Made by a program: the position numbers and the translations under genes | Notes under the pieces: model-generated | The model's input: only the letters and a program-made list of their open reading frames with translations | What the model was told of the DNA's origin: nothing | Databases searched by the model: none | Assembly: GCA_963674705.1 (NCBI GenBank) | Contig: OY771506.1 | Coordinates: 96,001-160,000, forward strand | Source: Phycisphaeraceae bacterium | GTDB taxonomy: Bacteria; Planctomycetota; Phycisphaerae; Phycisphaerales; Phycisphaeraceae | Length of the DNA: 64,000 bases | Reading direction: 5' to 3' | Part shown: one piece after another, positions 1 through 10,647 of the stretch | Layout of the letters: every line of letters starts with the position of its first letter | Position numbering within the stretch: position 1 is the first letter of the stretch

Positions 1-90
1 CATCCACATCCATCCCGCCCACCAGAAAGATCAAAGGCGGGCCGATCGTTCCCAATAACGCGAGGATCGAAATGATCTGCAAAATGGGTC

Positions 91-1566
91 TCATGCCAAC
101 GCCCCTTTCTTCTGAACGAGCTTGCTCAGGACCAGGTAGAGCACAACAGCGATGAACCAGCCCGGCAGGCTCACGAAGTAGATCTGGACACCCGTCAAGC
201 GCATGCCCCACAACTCGCCGGGCAGGAAGTTGATGTTGATTCTGGCCAAGTAGTCCTGGATCGTGGTGTAGTACACAAGGAACAAGCAGAAAGCGATCGT
301 CAATAACCACGCAAGCCCGGCCGCCCAGTTGAACGGGATACCACTGTGCTCAGCGTAATTGTCCTGCATCCCCAGCTTCTTGATCAGGTAGAAGTCGACG
401 AAGATCACCGCGCCCATCGGCATCAGCACCATGCCATACAACATCACGAAACCTAATAACTGCATCGCGATAGCAGGGAACAGACCCGCAGCAGTCGCCA
501 GCGCCCCTGTTGCAAGCGTAACAGCAAAGCGCGACTTGTTCGGCATGATCGCCTGGAACGCCAAACCCGCACGGTAGATCGTCGGGTTCGCTGTGGTCCA
601 GCCCGCGATGATCACACAGATCACACCCGCGACACCGGCCGCGTTATATGCCAAAGGCCCTGGCAGTACGGCATCGTTCGACGGATCGTGGTGCAACTGC
701 AATGCGTACAAAAGTGACGCGGCCAGCCACGCCAGGAAGTGCCCGACAAACATCCCCGCAAAACTCGCGATGCCGTACCACGAATGCTTTGCGAAGCGGA
801 ACACGGACAGGTCGGACATCCCGACATGCATCGCCATATTGCAGAACCAGGCAAAGAACATGACGTGCCAGAACGTGAACTTCACCTTGCCCGGTTGCGG
901 ATCACCCCCCTTCCAAAGATGTTCCGTGGCGAGCGTCCAAAGATCATTGGCGCTATGGATCTGTGTACCGGTCACATTGATAAACTCACGCAGCGCGATA
1001 AAGCCAAACGCCACAAAGACCAGCACCATCCAGGGCGCCGCGATGTTGGCAAAACGCGCCACCATCTTGTAGCCGCTCGCTGCGACGATCGAAATCAATC
1101 CACCCACGACTAGTACCGAAGTCACCCACCCAACACCCTTGGGCATCGTGTCGTTCAGCCCCGGCATGGGGAAGTCGAACCACACGCCCACCGCCGTCGC
1201 CGACACCGTGATCATCGCGCCGGCGAGGAAGCAGAACATCACGCCGTTCGCGAGGTTGTACAGCGTCACCAACTGTCGGCCGCAGATTTTTTCAAGCTGG
1301 TAATACAGCGTCAGACGCGCCCGCGTCGCGATGGGTGTGGTCAGAAAAACCCAGCTCAAGACCGCCAACACATTACCGACCATCAAACCCACCAGCACAT
1401 CGAACGCACCGACCCCCGAAGCCACAAACAAAGGCCCGATCATCAGCTCCGTGCCCGCACAGTGCTCCCCGGCATATTGTCCGACAAAACTCTTGAACCC
1501 AAGCAGCGCCTTGGCGGGCACCGGTTCGCGTTCGTATTCATTCTTTGGTGCTGAGTTGTCTGACAT
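91..1566 (-). CDS. NCS1 / purine-cytosine permease family membrane transporter
   Basis: About 12 hydrophobic segments and NCS1-like motifs (EYEREPVP, AGEHCAGTELMIGP, GWTTANPTIYRAG). Start moved to MSDNSAPK (1566) because the longer ORF (to 1746) overlaps the upstream GH51 gene. Confidence 0.75.
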   Translation of the reverse strand: MSDNSAPKNEYEREPVPAKALLGFKSFVGQYAGEHCAGTELMIGPLFVASGVGAFDVLVGLMVGNVLAVLSWVFLTTPIATRARLTLYYQLEKICGRQLVTLYNLANGVMFCFLAGAMITVSATAVGVWFDFPMPGLNDTMPKGVGWVTSVLVVGGLISIVAASGYKMVARFANIAAPWMVLVFVAFGFIALREFINVTGTQIHSANDLWTLATEHLWKGGDPQPGKVKFTFWHVMFFAWFCNMAMHVGMSDLSVFRFAKHSWYGIASFAGMFVGHFLAWLAASLLYALQLHHDPSNDAVLPGPLAYNAAGVAGVICVIIAGWTTANPTIYRAGLAFQAIMPNKSRFAVTLATGALATAAGLFPAIAMQLLGFVMLYGMVLMPMGAVIFVDFYLIKKLGMQDNYAEHSGIPFNWAAGLAWLLTIAFCLFLVYYTTIQDYLARININFLPGELWGMRLTGVQIYFVSLPGWFIAVVLYLVLSKLVQKKGALA

Positions 1567-1630
1567 AGACTCAGGTTGTCCTTTCTGCGGAAGAAGACAC
1601 CGCAAAAACCTCCAAGCGTGTGATTGGATC

Positions 1631-3115
1631 CTAAGACTCAATCGATAGAACGGCCACCGAGTGGGCCGGCAATGTGAGCTTGATAGTATTGCCGGAAGCA
1701 CTGATCCCCTCAAGCGCCGCGGGCATGACCTGCTTAGGTTCTTCAAACGTATTCATCGCCTGGATACTCGCACCCTCGAGTACTTGTCCAGTTATCTGCT
1801 TAAGTGACGCGCCACGAACTTCACAGGTCACTTCCAGCAACTCGGCGTGATGCAAATTGCATAAGGAGATATGGATATTGCCGTCTTGAGCCCGGCTGGC
1901 AGACGCTGATAGCTGTTCCAGGTCCGGTTTATCCAGGCTGTAATGGGGGCACGCCACTTCGGCCGGAAGGTATGTCGCGTCCTGGTGCACCTTGTACATT
2001 TCCAGCACGTGATACGTCGGCGTGACGATCATCTTCGGCCCATCGGTCAGGATCGGCGCCTGCAACACGTTCACAAGCTGCGCGAGGTTCGCGATACGTA
2101 CGCGCTCGGCATGCTTGTGGAAGATGTTCAGCGTCATGCCCGTTACCAGCGCGTCACGCATCGTGTTCTGCTGATACAGGAAACCGGGATTCGTATCCGG
2201 CATCACATCAAACCAAGTGCCCCACTCATCCACGACCAGAGCAACACGTTTTTCCGGATCAAACTGATCCATCACCTCGCTGTGACGTGCAATGATCTCG
2301 TCCATGCGCGTCGCCAATGCAAGCGTTTTGAAGTACGCCTGCTCATCGAACCCGACAGACTGGCCCTTGTTGTTCCATTCGGTCGTGTAGTAGTGCAGCG
2401 ACAGGCCGTGCATACGGTGGCCGATCCGCTCCATCGTGACTTCGGTCCACTTATCGTCCCGGCCGTTGGGCCCACAGGCGATCTTATAAAGCTCGTTACC
2501 GCTGTAATTACGGGCAAATTCCGCGTACTGCCGGTACTGATCCGAATAAAACTCCGGACGCATCGCGCCGCCGCAGCCCCAGTTCTCATTACCCACACCG
2601 AAGAACTTGAGCTTCCACGGCTCCTTGCGCCCGTTAGCCGCACGCTCGCGCGCAAGGTCGGAGTCGCCGGCGTACGTCATGTACTGGACCCACTCCTGCA
2701 TCTCCTGAACCGTACCGCTGCCGACGTTGCCCGCGATGTACGGCTCGCAATCCAGCATCTCACATAAATCCATGAACTCATGCGTGCCGAACTCGTGCGT
2801 TTCAACGACGCCGCCCCACAAGCTGTTGACCGTGCGAGGCCGTTTGTCGCGCGGTCCGATCCCATCACGCCAGTGATATTCATCCGCGTAACACCCGCCG
2901 GGCCAGCGCAGGTTCGGGATGTTCAGCTTCTTGAGCGCTTCAACCACATCATTGCGGATGCCGCGCGTGTTGGGGATGCTCGAAGCCTCACCGACCCACA
3001 AGCCTTCATAAACGCATCGGCCAAGGTGCTCCGCGAAGTGGCCGTAAATATGTTTGGATATCTGGAACGAATCGGCGTCCGCCTGAATCGTGACTTTAGT
3101 TTGACCGGTAGCCAT
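1631..3115 (-). CDS. abfA: alpha-L-arabinofuranosidase, GH51 (no signal peptide, probably cytoplasmic)
   Basis: [26 protein letters not shown], acid/base GVGNENWG, nucleophile [16 protein letters not shown]. Confidence 0.92.
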   Translation of the reverse strand: MATGQTKVTIQADADSFQISKHIYGHFAEHLGRCVYEGLWVGEASSIPNTRGIRNDVVEALKKLNIPNLRWPGGCYADEYHWRDGIGPRDKRPRTVNSLWGGVVETHEFGTHEFMDLCEMLDCEPYIAGNVGSGTVQEMQEWVQYMTYAGDSDLARERAANGRKEPWKLKFFGVGNENWGCGGAMRPEFYSDQYRQYAEFARNYSGNELYKIACGPNGRDDKWTEVTMERIGHRMHGLSLHYYTTEWNNKGQSVGFDEQAYFKTLALATRMDEIIARHSEVMDQFDPEKRVALVVDEWGTWFDVMPDTNPGFLYQQNTMRDALVTGMTLNIFHKHAERVRIANLAQLVNVLQAPILTDGPKMIVTPTYHVLEMYKVHQDATYLPAEVACPHYSLDKPDLEQLSASASRAQDGNIHISLCNLHHAELLEVTCEVRGASLKQITGQVLEGASIQAMNTFEEPKQVMPAALEGISASGNTIKLTLPAHSVAVLSIES

Positions 3116-3280
3116 ATCAAATGCCCTCGCTAAGTGGTGCTTTCGTAGATTGTGCCGCGATCGCCATATGTCGCGAATGGATAGATTAACGTATTTAAAC
3201 GCGCAATGTTAGTCGATCTGTCATCTACACCCAGCCAATCTCATCTCGCCCAACAGAACATACAAACTCTTTTATAATAA

Positions 3281-4216
3281 TTACTTAAAACCACCCCACA
3301 CATCCTGCCATGACAACTCGAACTTGCCGGCGGATACATCCGCAGTCACCCACACGTAGGCCGACTCACCCAGCGCTTCCCGCTTCCAGCGGTCGAACAT
3401 CACCAGGACCCGAGCATCCGGCAACGCCTGCATAAATGTGCTCTGTGTTGACCAGGTCATCTCGGGCTGATCCCCACCCCGGCACGGATTGCCCAGTTCT
3501 TCCCAAGGCCCCCAGATACTGTCCGCCACCGCTGACCTCGCCGGGTTCGGGTCCCAACCCGTGCAGCCCGAGGCGATGTACCAATACTTACCGTGCGACT
3601 TGGCGATCGCGTGCGCTTCCATGTATCGATCGGGGAACAGCAACTTCGATTCGGCGCTCAACGAGCGGTAATCGTCGCTTAAGCGCGTGACCAGCGTCGT
3701 CGCGTTCATGTCCGTTGAGCAGATGTGATACGCAGCGCCATCATCATCCACAAATACAGTCTGGTCCCGGCTGTCTCGTCCCTGCGGCCGGATCGAACCC
3801 AGATAGGTGAAAGGCCCTTCCGGTTTATCGCTGATCGCTACACCTGCGCCGGCAAGCTTGTAGTCGGGCCGATCAATGTGCAGCCACATCACAAACGTCC
3901 CGCTCGCTTTATGAAAGATCACCTTCGGCCGTTCCATTACCTGCGTCGGGCACAGGTCGTAATACGCAGTTTCCTTCACCTTGAGCACGACACCCATCGG
4001 TTCCCAGTTCACCAGGTCGGTCGACTTGTAACCGCCGACGCCGACGACATCTACGCGCACAATAGGATCGCCATCAGGTCTTTCATATCGCCTTGTTGGT
4101 CCGGACTTATCTTCGCCGTACCAGTACCACATACCATCGACATGCAGCAGCCCCCCGCCGTGCGCCTGGATGGGGTTGCCCTGAACATCTTTCCACAGCG
4201 TCTTGTTGGTGTGCAT
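3281..4216 (-). CDS. GH43 glycoside hydrolase, subfamily 24-like (exo-beta-1,3-galactanase-like)
   Basis: IQAHGGG, YWYGEDK, ERPKVIF, SRDQTVFVDDDG, EAH, SGCTGWDPN and TQST motifs typical of GH43_24. No signal peptide. Confidence 0.8.
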   Translation of the reverse strand: MHTNKTLWKDVQGNPIQAHGGGLLHVDGMWYWYGEDKSGPTRRYERPDGDPIVRVDVVGVGGYKSTDLVNWEPMGVVLKVKETAYYDLCPTQVMERPKVIFHKASGTFVMWLHIDRPDYKLAGAGVAISDKPEGPFTYLGSIRPQGRDSRDQTVFVDDDGAAYHICSTDMNATTLVTRLSDDYRSLSAESKLLFPDRYMEAHAIAKSHGKYWYIASGCTGWDPNPARSAVADSIWGPWEELGNPCRGGDQPEMTWSTQSTFMQALPDARVLVMFDRWKREALGESAYVWVTADVSAGKFELSWQDVWGGFK

Positions 4217-4258
4217 TCAAATACTCAATGTATGCTTGTCACTTCTTAAACAGCCCGA

Positions 4259-5140
4259 TCAATCCGCAAAGCTGTAGGCGATCGGATCCAGCTCCGATTC
4301 ATCAAGTGAATCGATATCGATCGGGTTCATGCGTGAATCGGGATCCGGCAATGGGATCGCTGACAACAGCGCCTTGGTATACGGATGCTGCGGATCGTTA
4401 TAGACTTTTTCGGTCTCGCCCATCTCAACGATACGGGCCTTGCGCATCACGACGATGTAGTCGCACACCTGCCGGACCACGCTCAGGTCGTGGCTGACAA
4501 ACAGGTACGTCAGACCCATCTCGGCCTGTAATTCCTTGAGCAAATCCAGCACGATCGCACGCACGCTGACATCCAGCGCGCTTACCGCTTCATCCGCCAC
4601 GACCAACGAAGGCCGCAGGATAAGCGCCCGCGCAATGCCGATGCGCTGCCGTTGACCGCCGCTGAACGCATGCGGATACCGGTTGCGGTGGTTCGCTTCA
4701 AGCCCCACGCGCTCAAGCATCTGCACGACTTTATCCTGTCGTTCGGATCGGCTGCCGATACGGTGGATCAGCAACGGCTCGGCGACAATTTCGCCAACCG
4801 TCATACGCGGATTCAGCGAAGCGAACGGGTCCTGGAAGATCATCTGCATCTCGCGACGCAGTGGCTTAAGCTTACGCTCAGGCAGCGTCGATAGCTCGAC
4901 CGTCCGCCCCTTATTGGTAAATTCAGCGATCCCCGCCGTCGGCGCTAACGCGCGAAGGATCGTGCGTGCACAAGTCGTCTTACCGCTGCCGCTTTCGCCT
5001 ACGATTCCAAGTGTTTGCCCGCGATGGACATCGAAGCTGACATCGTCGACGGCCTTGAACACCTTGCCGTGGCGTTTATTATCCAGTGGGAAGTACTTGC
5101 ACAACCCGCGCACTTTCAAGAGGCGTTCTTTCTCACTCAT
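4259..5140 (-). CDS. oppF: Opp/Dpp-type ABC transporter ATP-binding subunit (OppF-like)
   Basis: Walker A GESGSGKT, IFQDPFASLNPR, signature FSGGQRQR, Walker B VADE, PQHPYT. Confidence 0.9.
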   Translation of the reverse strand: MSEKERLLKVRGLCKYFPLDNKRHGKVFKAVDDVSFDVHRGQTLGIVGESGSGKTTCARTILRALAPTAGIAEFTNKGRTVELSTLPERKLKPLRREMQMIFQDPFASLNPRMTVGEIVAEPLLIHRIGSRSERQDKVVQMLERVGLEANHRNRYPHAFSGGQRQRIGIARALILRPSLVVADEAVSALDVSVRAIVLDLLKELQAEMGLTYLFVSHDLSVVRQVCDYIVVMRKARIVEMGETEKVYNDPQHPYTKALLSAIPLPDPDSRMNPIDIDSLDESELDPIAYSFAD

Positions 5141-6153
5141 ACCATCACCCCCTGTTGAACAGGCCAGAGCAACAGTTCACGCTTGTTCCCGAATTTGTGG
5201 TAATGCGGCGTGAGCCCGTGTTGACCGGCCGGTTCGGTAAAACCGTAACCCTCGGGCGCACCATCGGGCAGCCCGATCTTTTCTAATAGCTGACGACGCC
5301 GCTTTTCGTATCCTACGTGTGGCACCGCCGCGATCAATCGGCGCGTATAGGGATGGTAAGGCTCGTGATACAACTCACGCACCGGCGCTCGCTCCACAAT
5401 CCGCCCCGTCTTCATCACGACAACATTATCCGCTACCTGCGCGACCACACCCAGATCGTGCGTGATAAACAGCACACTCGTATTCATCTCGCTCTTCAGA
5501 TCATTAATCAATCCAAGGATCTGAGCCTGCACGGTCACATCCAGCGCTGTCGTCGGCTCGTCCGCGATCACGATCGCAGGCTGACACACCAGCGCCATTG
5601 CGATCACCACGCGCTGACGCATCCCGCCGCTGAACTCGAACGGGTACTGCTTCAACCGTGCACGCGGCTCGGGAATGCCGACCTTATTCATCATCTCGAC
5701 GGCAAGCTCTTCCGCCTTCTTCTTATCCTTCGTCACGTGCAGCAGGATCGCCTCGCACAACTGGTTGCCGATCGTGTGCACCGGCGACAGCGCCGTCATC
5801 GGCTCCTGAAAGATCATGCTGATCTTTCCGCCGCGGACGTTAAACAACCTCGGGTCCTTCTCACTCAACGCGGCTAAATCTAAGGGCTCTGCATCCTTGC
5901 TCTCTTTGAACAGGATGCGACCCTTCGTGATTTTGCCCGGCCGTTGAATCAATCGCAGTACCGCAAAGCTACTCACGCTCTTGCCGCTGCCGCTTTCACC
6001 TACCAACGCCAGCGTCTTGCCGCGTTCCAGATCGAAACTGACATCGCGCACCGCTTCGGTTCGGCCGTCGATCGTGTCGAAGACGACGCTCAGGTCCTGA
6101 ACCTGCAATACATAATCGGGTTGGGTATTGTGTTCTGTCATAGGTTTAATCAC
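5137..6153 (-). CDS. oppD: Opp/Dpp-type ABC transporter ATP-binding subunit (OppD-like)
   Basis: Walker A GESGSGKS, MIFQEPMTALSP, FSGGMRQR, IADEPTTALD. Overlaps both neighbours by 4 nt. Confidence 0.9.
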   Translation of the reverse strand: MIKPMTEHNTQPDYVLQVQDLSVVFDTIDGRTEAVRDVSFDLERGKTLALVGESGSGKSVSSFAVLRLIQRPGKITKGRILFKESKDAEPLDLAALSEKDPRLFNVRGGKISMIFQEPMTALSPVHTIGNQLCEAILLHVTKDKKKAEELAVEMMNKVGIPEPRARLKQYPFEFSGGMRQRVVIAMALVCQPAIVIADEPTTALDVTVQAQILGLINDLKSEMNTSVLFITHDLGVVAQVADNVVVMKTGRIVERAPVRELYHEPYHPYTRRLIAAVPHVGYEKRRRQLLEKIGLPDGAPEGYGFTEPAGQHGLTPHYHKFGNKRELLLWPVQQGVMV

Positions 6154-7334
6154 GAAGTCGCGGAATACGGATCGGCCGCGTCACGCAAACCGTCGCCCAC
6201 AAAGTTAAACGAAAGCACAGTCACAATGATAAAGATAACCGGCGTCAACAACCAAGGGTAATAACGTACCGCCTGCACATCCATACAATCCTGCAGAAGT
6301 ACGCCCCAACTGACCACCGGCGGCCGCAACCCCAGCCCCAGGAAACTCAGGCTCGTTTCGCCCAGGATCATCGCCGGCACACTCAACGACAGCGCCACAA
6401 TCACGTGGCTGGTAAATCCCGGCAACAAATGCCGGAACAGGATCCGGCCGTGACCTGCTCCCAGTAACCGTGCTGCCACCGCATAATCTTCTTCACGCAA
6501 GCTCAGTATCTTACCTCGCACCACACGCGCCAGCCCTGTCCAGTTGAGCAGCGCCAAGACGATCGTAATCGCAAAATACGTCTTGATCGGCGACCAGTCG
6601 CCCGGCATTACCGCACCCAGCGCAATCCACAACGGCAACTGCGGGAAACTCTGAATCACCTCGATCCCACGCTGGATAAAGTTGTCCGTCCGACCACCGA
6701 CATAACCGCTGACCCCACCGATCGACATGCCGAGGATGAACGTGATCGCGATGCCGATCAACCCGACCGACAGCGAAACACGCGACCCATAAACCACCCG
6801 GCTGAACAAATCCCGGCCGTAACGGTCCGCCCCCAGAAGGTGGAAACTCGCCTTGCTATCCAGTGCTTTAGCCGCTTCATGGTCAACCCCCAGAAAGTGC
6901 CGCTGCATCGGGATCAGGCCCCACAAGTGGTACGGCTCGCCTTTGGCAAATAAATCCAGGTCAACGATCTGATCGCGTTTCTCGATGAAGGTTCGCCGCA
7001 ACGTGATCGGATCGATCTGCCGCTGCATCGCATAAGTATAGAAGCCGTGCTCAAAACTGACGTGTACGAGTTGCGGCGGACAGTACTGAAAATCCAGGTC
7101 GCGCGAGTGCGGCGTCTGTGGCGCGATAAACTCGGCAAACACCGCAACCCCGTACATCAATATCAGAAGCAGCACGCTCCACACCGCCAACCGGTGCATC
7201 GAGAACTTGTGGCGGATCAACTGCCACTGGCTCATGTACGCCGAGGCGTCCTGCTTACCCGACATCAGTTCTGCTTCGATATCCACGGGATCGGGCTTGA
7301 TCGCTTCTTCCGGTGGCGGCTGGATCACTGTCAT
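6150..7334 (-). CDS. oppC: Opp/Dpp-type ABC transporter permease (OppC-like)
   Basis: HLLGADRYGRDLFSR, EAA-type loop EDYAVAARLLGA, LSFLGLG, GDGLRDAADP. Likely start MTVIQPP (7334), overlapping the upstream stop. Confidence 0.88.
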   Translation of the reverse strand: MTVIQPPPEEAIKPDPVDIEAELMSGKQDASAYMSQWQLIRHKFSMHRLAVWSVLLLILMYGVAVFAEFIAPQTPHSRDLDFQYCPPQLVHVSFEHGFYTYAMQRQIDPITLRRTFIEKRDQIVDLDLFAKGEPYHLWGLIPMQRHFLGVDHEAAKALDSKASFHLLGADRYGRDLFSRVVYGSRVSLSVGLIGIAITFILGMSIGGVSGYVGGRTDNFIQRGIEVIQSFPQLPLWIALGAVMPGDWSPIKTYFAITIVLALLNWTGLARVVRGKILSLREEDYAVAARLLGAGHGRILFRHLLPGFTSHVIVALSLSVPAMILGETSLSFLGLGLRPPVVSWGVLLQDCMDVQAVRYYPWLLTPVIFIIVTVLSFNFVGDGLRDAADPYSATS

Positions 7335-10300
7335 CGCGTGCCCCCTTGGAAACGGATACGCGGATCGAGCCACAGCAGCAGCAGGTCACTGACCAGCGTG
7401 CCGAACACACCCAACAGCGACAGCACCATCAGCATGCTGCCCGCCAGGTACATGTCTTCATTAAAAAGTGCGCTTAACAATAATGGACCGACCGTCGGCA
7501 GCGCCAACACCATCGCGACAATCGCACCACCACTGACGATCTGCGGGAACAGATAACCGATCCCGCTGACAAACGGGTTGAGCGCCAGCCGCACGGGGTA
7601 CTTGATCAGCAGCTTCAACGGCCGAACGCCCTTCGCTTTGGCCGTCGTGACGTAAGGCTTCTGCAATTCATCCAGCAGGTTCGCACGCATGATGCGGATC
7701 ATGCCCGCCGTACCGCCGATCCCCAGCACGACGATCGGGATCCAGATGTGCTTGAGCAGGTCGATAAACTTGGGCCAATCCCATTCAGGCTGCGCGTAAA
7801 ACTCATCTGAAAATAGGCCTTGCTGACCGCTGTACACCATCAATACCAGGGCCAGCAGGAACGCGGGCGTGCACATCCCCAGGAAACCCAGCACCGTCAG
7901 GATGTAATCGCTGATGCTGTACTGCCGAACCGCCGAGTAGATCCCGATCGGCAGCGCGATCACCCATGTCAGCAGGATCGTGCCGATCGAGATCGCCATG
8001 GTCAGCAGCAACCGGTCCCCGACGACCTGGTTGATCGGCGACATGGTTTCCATCGAACGCCCGAGGTTGCCCTGCAGCAGCCCCTCGTCGGCGGGTTCGA
8101 AAGAGGTAAACCAATAGAAGCCCATCCACCGACAGTAAAGCTTCCACGAGGGCTCTTCGTAATGGAAGACCTCTTTAAGGTCCTCGATCGCGCGGAGGTT
8201 GGCCTCGTCGCCCGACTCTTGCAACAGCATGATGCGCGTGGTCAGATAATCGCCCGGCGGCAACTGGATGATGGTAAAAGTCACGACGCTGATGACCAAC
8301 AGCGTGGGCACCATGATCGCCAAGCGGCGCCATACGAACGGGTGTTTCCAGCCGATCATGACCAGTACAAGCATTACGATCCCAAACAACAGCAGCTTGA
8401 CCAAGCGACCTACCGAGTTGCCGGCGTCCGCATCAGGCCGGGGGGTAACGTGTTCGACGGCTCGTTTGATCTCCGCGATGGCGCCCGGGGAATTATTGTT
8501 TTCAACAAAGTAATAGGTCTCGATCCCGGCGTTGCTGGGCGTGGTGAAAGCCCAGCCATAAAGCGCAACTTCCGGCACGTTTTTGACCTTGTCGCTGACG
8601 ATGAACGGCACGGGCGGCGCCGTAGCGATACTGATGCTCCACACGTTCTCCGCGGCGATTTCGAACATACGGTCCATGTACTTTATCTGCTCGGCGGGGT
8701 CCGGCGTGTGGGTCGCGCGCTCGTAAGCCTCGATCGCCTCGTACATCGCGTGATCCTTGGGAACGGGGATCGAGCCGCGGATCGTTTTGCTCTGCGGCGA
8801 GTCGTAGTACCCGCCGTTCATGTACCAGCGCCCCCAGCCGACGGCGTAGAACGACTCGGTATTCATCGGGATGAAGTAACGCGGCGAGATCATCGGCATC
8901 ATGTCGCTCTCACCGGACCAGACGTTGAAGTCGAAGTCGCTGGAGTCCTTCTCGGTGTAGAACAGCGGCCTCGCACGCTCACGCGCCGTGGCGCGGACAC
9001 CAACCTCGGCCCAGTCGTCTACGATAAACTGGCCCGGCCCGGCGCCGGTGAACTGCGTAAAGTCCAGGTAAAACGACATCCGCGTCCCGTCCGGAAAAGT
9101 CCGCATGCCTTCCTCATCACGCTTATCCAGCCCCAATTCGTCCAGTAGTTCATTCGCGTGTTGCGGATCGTACTCGGTGTAGGCCTTACTCAGCGCCGGA
9201 TAATTGAAACGGCTCTGCGGACCGGGCGCGACCTGTGACGGCTCACCCACCCCCGCCTGCTCCGCCTGGATGATCGGTTTGCGGTTGATCGCCAGGGACA
9301 ATGCCTGGCGGAAACGTTTGTCGTCCAGGAGTCGCGCCTTCCACTTCGTCGACGGATCATCCGGGTCCACCCGTCGGTTGAGGTTCGGGTTAATTACAAA
9401 CGCCGACCGCGTCGCCGGGTACCAGTGAAGGACGTGGTAGCCTTCTGTATCCGCACGGCTCATCAACTCGGTGTAATCGCTGAAGCGGATGTGACGGCCC
9501 TGCATCGACACGCCGCCCTTCGTCGCTCGAAGCGCCAGCATCTTGGAATCCAGCACGTCGAACTGCAACTGGTCGATGTAGGGGAGCTGGTTGCCATGCT
9601 TATCAACCACGTAGTAATACGCGTTGCGCACGAACACGAACGGCGCATTGGATGTGTAGGTCCGAAAGACCCACGGCCACAGACGCGGGTACTCCGGGTT
9701 GTTCCACACCTTGACATAACCGTATACGGAGGACCGGCTCGGTAGCTTGTACCGCCGCATCATATCTGCGATCACCTGCTCGTCGCCGATGTCCGGGTCC
9801 GGATGGTACTTGCGAAGGTAATGTTCAGGGATGTCGGTAAACGCAACCTGGCCGGCCAAAACCTCCAGGAAGTTAGGATACGGCTCGTCGAATTCAACCC
9901 GGACCGTGTAGGTGTCCAGTTGTTTGACACGCCCTGTTTTCCCCGCGTTGACCATCCAGCTCGGAGGGTTGGAGCTGACGAACGTGTTGTTCACCTCGTC
10001 ATCCCACCAGTACATGATGTCGTCGGCGGTATACGGCTCGCCGTCCGACCAGCGTATCCCCTCACGCAGCTTAATAGTCCAGACACGATCCCCATTCGAA
10101 GGCGTCACACTCTGGGCGATGTGCGGTTCAATCGGATAGCCCAACGGCGACCAACGCACCAGGTAAGCGCCCGCCATGCGGAACGGCACCACCGCTCCGA
10201 CGTCGTCCGGTGCTATCGCCAGACGCAGCCACGTCCCGCCATACTTTCCGATCTCGTCCACCGTGTCCATCACGACCGGCTTCTTGGGAAGGCGCTCGGC

Positions 10301-10582
10301 AAGCGGTGGCAACTCCCCGGCTTCAACAAGCTCCTTCAGGATCGGTGACTCACCCTGTGGTGTTACATCCGAAGGCAGGTGTAACGAGTACGTATTGTTA
10401 GGATCGAATGTGGGATTACGCTGCTCGCGGTAATGACTAGCCACCTCAGGATCGATCTGCGTCGGCTCGTTCTTCACATCGCCGCGAACAAACCACGCAA
10501 TCACACAGATACAAATCACCATCGCAAACGTAACAACCAGGAAGGAGAACACACTCCGAAGTTGCTTTACGACCTGCTTCAT
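7331..10582 (-). CDS. Fused ABC substrate-binding protein (family 5) plus OppB-like permease
   Basis: N-terminal TM, then SBP5 motifs (GELPPLAERLPKKP, GKYGG, LREGIRWSDGEPYTADD, GNQLPYID, FRQALSLAINR), a linker TM, then an OppB domain (RRLAIMVPTLLVIS..IIQLPPGD, KPYVTTAKAKG, DPRIR), all in one 1083-aa frame. Confidence 0.88.
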   Translation of the reverse strand: MKQVVKQLRSVFSFLVVTFAMVICICVIAWFVRGDVKNEPTQIDPEVASHYREQRNPTFDPNNTYSLHLPSDVTPQGESPILKELVEAGELPPLAERLPKKPVVMDTVDEIGKYGGTWLRLAIAPDDVGAVVPFRMAGAYLVRWSPLGYPIEPHIAQSVTPSNGDRVWTIKLREGIRWSDGEPYTADDIMYWWDDEVNNTFVSSNPPSWMVNAGKTGRVKQLDTYTVRVEFDEPYPNFLEVLAGQVAFTDIPEHYLRKYHPDPDIGDEQVIADMMRRYKLPSRSSVYGYVKVWNNPEYPRLWPWVFRTYTSNAPFVFVRNAYYYVVDKHGNQLPYIDQLQFDVLDSKMLALRATKGGVSMQGRHIRFSDYTELMSRADTEGYHVLHWYPATRSAFVINPNLNRRVDPDDPSTKWKARLLDDKRFRQALSLAINRKPIIQAEQAGVGEPSQVAPGPQSRFNYPALSKAYTEYDPQHANELLDELGLDKRDEEGMRTFPDGTRMSFYLDFTQFTGAGPGQFIVDDWAEVGVRATARERARPLFYTEKDSSDFDFNVWSGESDMMPMISPRYFIPMNTESFYAVGWGRWYMNGGYYDSPQSKTIRGSIPVPKDHAMYEAIEAYERATHTPDPAEQIKYMDRMFEIAAENVWSISIATAPPVPFIVSDKVKNVPEVALYGWAFTTPSNAGIETYYFVENNNSPGAIAEIKRAVEHVTPRPDADAGNSVGRLVKLLLFGIVMLVLVMIGWKHPFVWRRLAIMVPTLLVISVVTFTIIQLPPGDYLTTRIMLLQESGDEANLRAIEDLKEVFHYEEPSWKLYCRWMGFYWFTSFEPADEGLLQGNLGRSMETMSPINQVVGDRLLLTMAISIGTILLTWVIALPIGIYSAVRQYSISDYILTVLGFLGMCTPAFLLALVLMVYSGQQGLFSDEFYAQPEWDWPKFIDLLKHIWIPIVVLGIGGTAGMIRIMRANLLDELQKPYVTTAKAKGVRPLKLLIKYPVRLALNPFVSGIGYLFPQIVSGGAIVAMVLALPTVGPLLLSALFNEDMYLAGSMLMVLSLLGVFGTLVSDLLLLWLDPRIRFQGGTR

Positions 10583-10647
10583 GATGATTCACACACTCCA
10601 AGTGTTTACAAATTATCCTAACCGTCACAACCCCGGTTGAATTGAAT

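Noticed and set aside
7820..9148. 442-aa plus-strand ORF
   Set aside because: It lies entirely antisense to the SBP-permease fusion and has no recognisable motifs.
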